Source: an uncultured virus (IMG/VR IMGVR_UViG_3300002161_000006)
Lineage: Duplodnaviria; Heunggongvirae; Uroviricota; Caudoviricetes
Virus record (IMG/VR): IMGVR_UViG_3300002161_000006
Coordinates: 1-64,000 of that record
Direction: 5' to 3' (one strand)
Length of the DNA: 64,000 bases
Under the pieces are notes generated by a model. The model ran no database searches. It saw only the letters and a program-made list of their open reading frames with translations, and was not told where the DNA came from. This document shows positions 37,101-45,015 of the stretch, piece by piece (position 1 is the stretch's first letter; the number at the start of each line of letters is the position of its first letter). The position numbers were made by a program, and so were the translations under genes.

Positions 37101-38297
37101 TTATTGATTATGCTCTGCTAAAAATTTCCCAGCGGTGCGTAGTGATTGAATAATGACTGCCCACATATCAAGATATTGAAATGTACCGCATCGCCCAATG
37201 AATGTCACTCCCCTTTTATTTTCTGCCATATCGACATATCGATTGTAGAGGGCACGATGGGGACAGTCCTTTTCTGTTGTCTTTACGGGGTAGTACCGCT
37301 CCAAAGAGTTGTCACGGTAATCACAGGGCTCCTCTACAGTTAGAGTTGTCCAGTGGGGGTTATCTCCGTGCGACGGCAAGTTTTTCCATTCTGTAACTCG
37401 CGTATGAGGACCAGAATGGGTAAAATTTAAAACTGATGTGCTTAGCACCCGTGGTAGTGGTACAGAGTACGTGTTCATCTTAACCGATCGCCAAGGTAGT
37501 TCTCCTAAAGAACAATCGAAATACATATCAATTGGTTCAGAAGTAAAAATGTGCTTAAATTCCTCTTTTTTCTGCACTTCGTCTCTTGAGCAGTTTAACT
37601 GTACGCTAATGTTTTCGTGATCTAAAATACGACGGAACATTTCAGTGTAACCATCTTTTGGCAGAAACTGGTACTTATCTTTTGGAAAATAGAGATAACT
37701 ACGTGTTTCAACGTTTGTTGGAATCCTTGCCGCAACTGAGGCAGGCAGTTCTTCAAGTTCTAGCCCCCACATCTTCTTCGTGTAAGGCGCAAAAAAGAGA
37801 TCACATAGTTCTTTTCCAACTGAGTTTTCAACGTGCTGACGGCTGTTGGTTACGGTTGGGTGGTGCTCAACCAACGTCTCAAGGAAGGCTGCATGCGAGC
37901 CCTTCTTGTAGTCGATCATAGCACCTTCTGCATCGTAGTCGATCTGGTCGTTGCGATCTGCCCAGACATCGAACTGATCAACGAAGACTTCCTCGATGGT
38001 ATCGTGGTTGATGGGTAGAGGAACACACGTACCATTTGGCAGAAGAGCCTCAACCTCGTGCTTGTACTCAACCCAATCAGTAAAGCGTGATGCCCATTTC
38101 TGCACATCGTCGTTGGACGTGTGCCATAGATGGGGGCCATACTTATGAACGCGGATGCCGTGCTCATTCACGTAGTCATATGCATTTCCAGCGATATGGT
38201 CACGCTTGTCAATAACAAGCACCTTTTCACCAGCCTCAGCCAGTTCTCGTGCAACAGTAGCACCCGCAAATCCAGCGCCGACAATTAAAATTCTCAT
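37101..38297 (-). CDS. glf: UDP-galactopyranose mutase
   Basis: IVGAGFAG FAD motif, R.HIAGNAYD, H.YGPH..HT, YT.K.WG, R.TE, RYYPV, GR.G...Y.DM. Confidence 0.93.
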   Translation of the reverse strand: MRILIVGAGFAGATVARELAEAGEKVLVIDKRDHIAGNAYDYVNEHGIRVHKYGPHLWHTSNDDVQKWASRFTDWVEYKHEVEALLPNGTCVPLPINHDTIEEVFVDQFDVWADRNDQIDYDAEGAMIDYKKGSHAAFLETLVEHHPTVTNSRQHVENSVGKELCDLFFAPYTKKMWGLELEELPASVAARIPTNVETRSYLYFPKDKYQFLPKDGYTEMFRRILDHENISVQLNCSRDEVQKKEEFKHIFTSEPIDMYFDCSLGELPWRSVKMNTYSVPLPRVLSTSVLNFTHSGPHTRVTEWKNLPSHGDNPHWTTLTVEEPCDYRDNSLERYYPVKTTEKDCPHRALYNRYVDMAENKRGVTFIGRCGTFQYLDMWAVIIQSLRTAGKFLAEHNQ

Positions 38298-38321
38298 TTG
38301 AATTATCCTTAGTTACAAGAT

Positions 38322-38558
38322 TTAAATATCCTCTACAGCATACTCAATTTCTTCGGATGAAACTGGAGACTTTAGAATTACGCTTAGAACGGTGTGAATT
38401 GACTTTGCTACCGCCAGCTCGCCTTGGTCCTCGCGAAACTGCCGCAGAACATCTAGGTTGTACGTAATAAGCGGAACATCAGGCTTATCGTGCAGGAAGA
38501 AGGAAAGAACTTCCTGTCCGTCTTGATTAGAAACCTGCTTAAAAAATCGATAGTTCAT
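38322..38558 (-). CDS. hypothetical protein
   Basis: 78-aa ORF coupled (ATGA) to the upstream GT-like gene. Confidence 0.75.
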   Translation of the reverse strand: MNYRFFKQVSNQDGQEVLSFFLHDKPDVPLITYNLDVLRQFREDQGELAVAKSIHTVLSVILKSPVSSEEIEYAVEDI

Positions 38559-39721
38559 TTTTGAGCCTCCAGTACTGCTTTGATTTCTTGCTGCTGAACG
38601 TTCTTGTCCAGCGGGTGAATTGAATAGATTGCCTGCTTTTGTGCATCAGCAATGTGTGAGAGTTCGCTGTCACTAGCGTGAATAAGGTCAGTCGCCTTTA
38701 GATCAATCAGAGGGAAGTCTTTGCCATAATAAACTTCAAGTTCTTTCTTCTCTCCGATAAGAATACAGTTTGCATCTGCAGTTTGCTGGGGACGTGAACG
38801 CCACCACCCGCTGCCAGCGTGTTCATAGCCGGGCATCAGACACGCCCAGTCACGGTAAAACACCTCGCACATCTGGTCTTCGGTAAGCCGCTTCTGTGTT
38901 TCTGCCTTTGAGCCATACAGATCAACTGGCCAGGAACCAATTGTACCTTCCTCATCATTCTTAGGATTGCCAGTATATCCCTGCTTCTTTAGCCACTTCT
39001 GCGTCTTTGATTGGACCAAACTTGCAAAGTTGAATCGACGCTCCTTCTTTGGTGCAGGCCCAGCAGTATATGATAGAAGTGATGGCGTAAAGGTTGAGTC
39101 TTCTACTCCTTCGTGAAGGAAATCACCTGGCTTGCGGTTGCGGTGATACGGGTTAGGGTTGAAGGTGTAGATGCGGTCNCGCGGGTATTTTACCGCATCA
39201 AAGAGCAGGTGCGGACCATAATTCTCAGGATCGTTCAAGTGTGTAGTGTCAAAAGCACATACCAACATCCGATTCTTTCGAGTGATGATAGTATTAATTG
39301 CCTGAAGATAGATCTCCTTGTGCTTAGTGACTTCCTCGATTGTGGTCTTGTTCACACCTAATATAAAGTCACAGGACAGTTCTTCCCATTTTTGGCACTT
39401 TTCGAGTCCTTTGAACAAATCGGGTGCTTGCCAATCGTCAACCCCAAGAATGCAATCAGGACGCTGGCTGATTGCCCACAGTCCTTTAAATGTATGTGTT
39501 GCAACCAGTTGGCGAGGACCGGCAATATAAACAATTACTTCATCATATGAGGAGAGATCTTCACCGATTTCAACCTCACGCTGCTCAACCTGATGCCCCA
39601 TATCTACAAGCGCATTAAATAGACTGTAATGCGCAGGCACCACCTTTAAATTCATTTTGAGATAGTGCTTACGCACACTCTGTGATTTATTCATACCGGT
39701 GATCAAGATTTTCTTCTTCAT
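38555..39721 (-). CDS. putative DNA glycosyltransferase (GT-B, T4 beta-glucosyltransferase-like)
   Basis: KVVPAHYSLFNALVDMG.V...DL..YDEVIVY resembles the T4 BGT N-terminus as I recall it (KTVPS...LF..I.EMG.V...DYD..IV); C-terminal L.PGY....W...R......N.IL; gene context. Confidence 0.6.
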   Translation of the reverse strand: MKKKILITGMNKSQSVRKHYLKMNLKVVPAHYSLFNALVDMGHQVEQREVEIGEDLSSYDEVIVYIAGPRQLVATHTFKGLWAISQRPDCILGVDDWQAPDLFKGLEKCQKWEELSCDFILGVNKTTIEEVTKHKEIYLQAINTIITRKNRMLVCAFDTTHLNDPENYGPHLLFDAVKYPXDRIYTFNPNPYHRNRKPGDFLHEGVEDSTFTPSLLSYTAGPAPKKERRFNFASLVQSKTQKWLKKQGYTGNPKNDEEGTIGSWPVDLYGSKAETQKRLTEDQMCEVFYRDWACLMPGYEHAGSGWWRSRPQQTADANCILIGEKKELEVYYGKDFPLIDLKATDLIHASDSELSHIADAQKQAIYSIHPLDKNVQQQEIKAVLEAQK

Positions 39722-39841
39722 TTTATTCCTTTAAAGTAAGGGCCCCACACCTATATACCTAGGTATTATACACGTTTTAAAAATTAATACAGAATTTTTT
39801 AAAGGTCGAAAAAATGCTCACCCGCCTTGGCTGAAGCATTC

Positions 39842-40060
39842 TTAAAACCTCATCACTTCATCTACTACAAGTTTATCTGCCTCTAAGAGTGCAATCTTTT
39901 CACTGAGTTCTTCTGGACTTCTGACATATAGAAACTTGTTTGATGCTAGCGTCTTTTTTGGGTCAGCAGAGCAGTAGATAAATGTCACGTATCCTTGCTG
40001 CTTTGCTGTGATGAAATCTTCCTGTAGTGTCTCAGCAGTACTGAGAGATGTAACCTTCAC
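39842..40060 (-). CDS. 72-aa protein resembling a GT-B C-terminal fragment
   Basis: FLYVRSPEELSEKIALLEAD resembles the C-terminal helix region of phage DNA glycosyltransferases. Confidence 0.5.
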   Translation of the reverse strand: MKVTSLSTAETLQEDFITAKQQGYVTFIYCSADPKKTLASNKFLYVRSPEELSEKIALLEADKLVVDEVMRF

Positions 40061-40632
40061 GATAGAGCCTCACTCAAGATGACATCCTTGGGCTTGAACC
40101 CGCCCAGGGCCGGGTCAGTAACACTAATGATGCGCTTATCACGAATAATGGAGCGATTAAATGCAGCAACAAATCGATTTTGCTCTTCCATTCGGTCGTC
40201 TTCGCCGCCAAGACTTTCGCCATCATCTACAAAGTGCCGAGATACTGAAAAATCCTCAGTGAGCAGGATTAGGCGAATATCAGCAGAGTCTAGGTGGTGA
40301 TTTTTTTCAAAGTCAAACACGTAATCACCGCTATAGGCCCTATACATTGGTGAATATACTGCCTCACCTAGGTGCCAGCGGTCAAAGATAATTCTGGCAC
40401 CACTCTTTGCCATGATCATGGAATTCCTAAAACTTTCCTGTTGGTAGTGATATGACTGCAGGCTTGTATTTGGAACTCCAGTAATAGGAGAAGAATGTGC
40501 ATAGGCATTTAACTTCTTTGGCTTACTAAAGTGAATAACTTCGTAATAACCAAGGGTATTCAAAATACCCTCAATAAGAGAACTTTTTCCAAGGCGGTCG
40601 AGGCCTTCAATCGCAAATACGTGCTTCATCAT
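40057..40632 (-). CDS. thymidylate-kinase-like dNMP kinase
   Basis: IEGLDRLGKSS P-loop; IFDR.HLGE.VY...YR.Y. Confidence 0.85.
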   Translation of the reverse strand: MMKHVFAIEGLDRLGKSSLIEGILNTLGYYEVIHFSKPKKLNAYAHSSPITGVPNTSLQSYHYQQESFRNSMIMAKSGARIIFDRWHLGEAVYSPMYRAYSGDYVFDFEKNHHLDSADIRLILLTEDFSVSRHFVDDGESLGGEDDRMEEQNRFVAAFNRSIIRDKRIISVTDPALGGFKPKDVILSEALS

Positions 40633-40937
40633 ACCTCCAACGTTAGGTCATATTGACCAGTTTTTGTGTTTAAAACTACACCAGTATCGTCCTCAATGGT
40701 GGCATTCAAATCCACATTTGCATTGCTGTCATCTAAGAAGTCACTTCCGAAATCATTTTCGATTATGTTGATTAGTTCGAATGCTGCCGTGGAATAAACT
40801 GAATTACCCCCTAAGCGAACACTACACACTAATGCAGTGATAAGTTCAAGTTGATTTACATTGATTTGAAGTATGATGGAGCCATTCCCAATTACTGGTG
40901 CATCATCATCTTCGCTGTATCTTGATGAGATAATCAT
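40629..40937 (-). CDS. acidic hypothetical protein
   Basis: 102-aa ORF, coupled. Confidence 0.75.
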   Translation of the reverse strand: MIISSRYSEDDDAPVIGNGSIILQINVNQLELITALVCSVRLGGNSVYSTAAFELINIIENDFGSDFLDDSNANVDLNATIEDDTGVVLNTKTGQYDLTLEV

Positions 40938-42058
40938 ATAAATCCAATTCCATTAGTTTTCTTTTGGTGAAGTTGCGTATTGAAAAGTTCTGCAAGCGTA
41001 AATTCGTTTCCATCTGGAAGTTCCTTATCTACGCCAGCTTCTTCATACACCTTCTTAGATTCATCGCGGGTAAGTGCCCTAAACTGCAGAACGTCAAAGC
41101 AACGTCCTTCACGTAGAAGAGCGCTGTCAATGTCCCTGATGTTTGGTAGGTTGGTTGAGAAGACTAGTTTCTTGTCAGCGGCAGACACAAGACCGTCTGA
41201 TACATTGAGGAACTTATGCATCATTGAATTGCCATCTTGACGTGCAGAGAGAAAGGCATCTGCATCTTCCATCACAAGGAAGCTACAATCATCCTCAATA
41301 AACCCGGCAAAGAAGTCATCAGTGTTGAGAACCTTTTCATCATAGGCAACCTTAGCATCTCCGCCGGCTCGATGAATTAAATTCTTAATGAATGTTGTTT
41401 TGCCAGTGCCTGGCTGACCAATAAGAATTAAAACGTTTGCACTTGAATTTAGGAAATCTTCAATATACTCATTTAGCCCCTTGTTTAACCAAGGATAGGC
41501 GCTCTTTAACGCAGGGCGGTAGTTCAGCGGGACGGAAGTGCTATCACCACGTGCATTATACACCCACTCGATCAGGTTCTCAGCACGCTTAAACTTATTA
41601 TCAAAGTACTTTTCCCATTCTGAGCAAAAGGCTACACTTCCAACAAGATTTACATCAATCTTTCCTTTTGCAGAATTCACAGTAAGAAGCCCATCATCAT
41701 ACTGCACAACAACCTTTGTGCTGTGGAAGAAGGTAAATGCCTCAAACTTCATATCCACAACCCACTTGTTGAGCCTAAACTCAACAGGTGTAATCCAAGT
41801 GCAAGAAACATCTAGCGTCTGCACCTTGGATAAGAAACGGTTGCGCAGAAAATCTGCAAATACCCAGTCCTCTGAGCCATATACTCCCAGGACTACTTCT
41901 GGGCGAGCGATTTCTTGTTTGAACATATGAACATCCTCAAATATATTATGTGTATGATGGTTTAGTTTTCGGCGCCGCATTTGTTTTACACTCCGTTTAA
42001 TTGTACTTCTTCTTTTCCTAGAAAGTTTTGATATAAGCGAATTAATTGAATCACTCAT
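40934..42058 (-). CDS. AAA+ ATPase
   Basis: Walker A GQPGTGKT, Walker B LVMEDAD, LN..DG, STN, DSALLR.GR.D. Confidence 0.9.
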   Translation of the reverse strand: MSDSINSLISKLSRKRRSTIKRSVKQMRRRKLNHHTHNIFEDVHMFKQEIARPEVVLGVYGSEDWVFADFLRNRFLSKVQTLDVSCTWITPVEFRLNKWVVDMKFEAFTFFHSTKVVVQYDDGLLTVNSAKGKIDVNLVGSVAFCSEWEKYFDNKFKRAENLIEWVYNARGDSTSVPLNYRPALKSAYPWLNKGLNEYIEDFLNSSANVLILIGQPGTGKTTFIKNLIHRAGGDAKVAYDEKVLNTDDFFAGFIEDDCSFLVMEDADAFLSARQDGNSMMHKFLNVSDGLVSAADKKLVFSTNLPNIRDIDSALLREGRCFDVLQFRALTRDESKKVYEEAGVDKELPDGNEFTLAELFNTQLHQKKTNGIGFI

Positions 42059-42067
42059 TTGGGCACC

Positions 42068-43819
42068 TTATAATGTCATTTCTTTTAGTGATGACTTAAA
42101 AAGAGTTTGAAATTCATTTGACCACTCATTTGTTTTTGCTGTCCATACTCTCTGAACCGCACTATCTAGAATGTACGTAGTTGCCCAATCCTCCTGACTT
42201 CTGACCGACCGACCTGCACCTTGTACGACCTTCATCAGTGCCTGCAGTTGGTAGATATCTGGAAAGTTATCTAAAATTGTTTGAATTCTTTTGTCACCAA
42301 GAGATGCATAAGGCATTTTAACTAAAACTTGAAACCTGCTCAAATCTCCTGGCAGGTCGATGCCTTCAAAACCAGAAGGAGTAACCAACACTGCTGGACC
42401 TTTAGAGTGCTGCTTGAAGTCTGCTAGAATAGTTGCTAACTTTTCTCCACGTACGTGCTCAAATATCTTGAAGTTTCCTTTTTCTTTTCTAAGTGAAGCG
42501 CAGACTGTTTCAGTCACTACGAAACTTGGGGTTAGGATAATTCCTCTTTCTTCTTTCTCAGTGTGGTGCTTTACAATCTCTGTCACAGTCCTGCTGAGTT
42601 TAGTGACAGTTTCAGTTTCCTGCATGCTTCGATAGTTAAGAGACTGTGGCTTGTAGAAGATAACCTTCTTGTTTTCGGGTAGAAACTGGGGGTCAAGACG
42701 GATATGCTTCGTCTTGCCTGGAAGTGTCATTGTGCGTTTTGCAAACTGCTCGCTGATAGTAGCAGACATTAACAGATTATGTTCAGCGTTATCAAGCACT
42801 TCAAACATATCTCCAATGAAGATGGGCTTTACGTGTATTTCATTTTCACTTTGACGTGCAGAAGGATCTTTCTTCTTGTACTCAAACACGTGAGGGTACT
42901 GAAAGGTAAAGAGGTCATCAATCTTGCAGCCAAAATTATAGTACTTCTTTGCAAGTTTCTGCAGTTTTAGGTACTTAGATGCATTGCGAATATTTCTATC
43001 TGCATTTGACTTAGCTGTTTCACTAATAAGGTTATAAACCTCAAGCAGCTGCTTTAACCAAGTTGAGTAATTTTGCTCAGTGATTTGCCCTTTTATGAGT
43101 GCATCGCGCATCACCTTTAAGTCCCTNAAGATGTCGGTATTNCCAAGCGAAAGATTATCATTTACCTCATCGGCACATTGCGCCAACCGCTTCTCAGAAA
43201 TATAGATGGCATTGTGGTCAGTAAAAAGGTCATTCAGCAGGTGTGCCTCGTCAAACACAGCAACGGTGCGCCGGGGTAGAGGTGCCTGCGCGTACATCCT
43301 ATCAATAAAGTAGAAGGCATAGTTCGTAATCAAATGACGAGAAGTTGCCTTTAGGGCACGTGCCTTTGCATACTCGCATGAATTGCAGTAGGTATCAATA
43401 AAGTTCTGCATTCCATTTTTTCTAAAGAGTGTGATTGCACAATTTTCGGCAGTTTGTGGCTCGTCGTCGGTGCTTAGAGCGCTGCACTCATAGTTTGCTG
43501 CACCTTTCAGGAGAAGAAAGGTATTGTCACCTGCCTTCTCAGCAAAGGTCTGATGGTACTGGTCAAGCAGAACATTTGTTGCAGAGAGCAAAAATGATGC
43601 ATTCTCCCTCGTTGCTGGATTTTTGATGCTGTGAATAACTTCAGCAGCAACCGTTCCAATAATTGACTTTCCAGTTCCCGTTGGTGCCGATAGCACCACG
43701 TTCTTTGCCTCTTCTTCTAGGAAGGCTTCACAAATTCTAGATACGTGATTTACCTGATTATCCCTCGGTGTAAATCCAAATTTACTAAATGCTTCTTCAA
43801 TTTGCTTCTGATATGACAT
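42068..43819 (-). CDS. DinG/XPD-like SF2 helicase
   Basis: PR..Q, APTGTGKS, KG..NY.C with Fe-S-type Cys, DEAH, SAT, EGID, Q..GR..R. Confidence 0.92.
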   Translation of the reverse strand: MSYQKQIEEAFSKFGFTPRDNQVNHVSRICEAFLEEEAKNVVLSAPTGTGKSIIGTVAAEVIHSIKNPATRENASFLLSATNVLLDQYHQTFAEKAGDNTFLLLKGAANYECSALSTDDEPQTAENCAITLFRKNGMQNFIDTYCNSCEYAKARALKATSRHLITNYAFYFIDRMYAQAPLPRRTVAVFDEAHLLNDLFTDHNAIYISEKRLAQCADEVNDNLSLXNTDIXRDLKVMRDALIKGQITEQNYSTWLKQLLEVYNLISETAKSNADRNIRNASKYLKLQKLAKKYYNFGCKIDDLFTFQYPHVFEYKKKDPSARQSENEIHVKPIFIGDMFEVLDNAEHNLLMSATISEQFAKRTMTLPGKTKHIRLDPQFLPENKKVIFYKPQSLNYRSMQETETVTKLSRTVTEIVKHHTEKEERGIILTPSFVVTETVCASLRKEKGNFKIFEHVRGEKLATILADFKQHSKGPAVLVTPSGFEGIDLPGDLSRFQVLVKMPYASLGDKRIQTILDNFPDIYQLQALMKVVQGAGRSVRSQEDWATTYILDSAVQRVWTAKTNEWSNEFQTLFKSSLKEMTL

Positions 43820-44796
43820 TAATTCTTCCTTGGTAGAAAGATCTTTGCACTCTCTTCTTCATCGCCACCAAAAAAAGCCTTTACCAAAGATTTCCAATAT
43901 GGTGAAAGATTGTGAAAATCATTGATGCTTTCAAAATTAAATTTTTCTGGATAACCACAGTCTCGCCAGCCGCTCTCAATATTTGCGAGCGTTGCTGCGA
44001 TTGTCTCATCAAACTTATCCATCTCAATCATAGAAACTTCAGAGGTGCTTTCATCAGCAATTACCTTATCTGCCATTTCATAGTGCCGTGAATAGAGATG
44101 CATCGAGCCGGCGTTATGGAAGTAATAGCCAAGTTGAAGGTCTGGGTATACCTCCCTAAGTTGTAGCATCATACATTCTTGCAGCATAGTAAATTGGAAA
44201 ACATCATTCGTAAAACCCAAAATTACGTCATTGCTGCGCATATTGACAATTAGATGTAGTTTATCTTCTCGAATAAACCACTGCAGCGTCAGTGTGCAGG
44301 CTACATCCTTATTTCCAGCGTGGCGGTCAGTAGGCAGATGAATGTTCATAACTGCCTGGCGGCTATCTTTATCAGCAGTTAGGATGTTAATAGTTTGGTG
44401 CCATTGATTAATCTTGTTTTCGCCGAAGTAGAGAGCCGGTAGAATTGAATGACCAAACATACGGTGACCGTAGTTTGAATTCACGGTGCCAGCAGGATAG
44501 TTGTCTTGATTTCCAGAGTTGATGATACCTTCCCAAAATTTTGCATATGGCACAATTCCATCCACCGTATTTTTACCAGTAAGATACCAAATAAACTCAC
44601 CTAGCAGATACTTTACATTTGTCTTTCTTGCAGGAAAAGTAACTACTCGATTTCGAGGGTCAGTAAGGGTAATATTGTAGTTGAGCAACTCGCGGGTTTC
44701 TGAACCGCGCGGGTTAGAAACCATGCCATTTTCTCTCAGGTTGAAAAGGCACGCCCGGAAATCACTGTTGAGGCGGAAGGATGGTGTATTTTCCAT
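43819..44796 (-). CDS. dCMP hydroxymethylase-like thymidylate synthase paralog (T4 gp42-like)
   Basis: NSNYG, DSRQA, D..CT (catalytic Cys), MRSND...G..ND (Asp at the specificity position), GS.H.Y.RH. Confidence 0.85.
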   Translation of the reverse strand: MENTPSFRLNSDFRACLFNLRENGMVSNPRGSETRELLNYNITLTDPRNRVVTFPARKTNVKYLLGEFIWYLTGKNTVDGIVPYAKFWEGIINSGNQDNYPAGTVNSNYGHRMFGHSILPALYFGENKINQWHQTINILTADKDSRQAVMNIHLPTDRHAGNKDVACTLTLQWFIREDKLHLIVNMRSNDVILGFTNDVFQFTMLQECMMLQLREVYPDLQLGYYFHNAGSMHLYSRHYEMADKVIADESTSEVSMIEMDKFDETIAATLANIESGWRDCGYPEKFNFESINDFHNLSPYWKSLVKAFFGGDEEESAKIFLPRKN

Positions 44797-44876
44797 TTGT
44801 ATTTCTCCTTATAAGGATAAGTAAATTATACACTGGTTTTTAGTATATTTGACCTACTTTTACAGGAAGAATAAAA

Positions 44877-44903
44877 AGTAGGGAACCATATTGGTTCCCT
44901 ACT
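44877..44903. terminator. hairpin/terminator at the divergence point
   Basis: AGTAGGGAACCA-TAT-TGGTTCCCTACT with a U-tract on the minus strand. Confidence 0.7.
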
Positions 44904-45015
44904 AAACGGGTCTAAAGAGACAGACACCGTGCAACTGAAATTTCATTTTATACTCAAAAAGATGGGGTAACCACCATAAATAGGTTAAGCACAACCTGAT
45001 AACAGGATAATTGAT

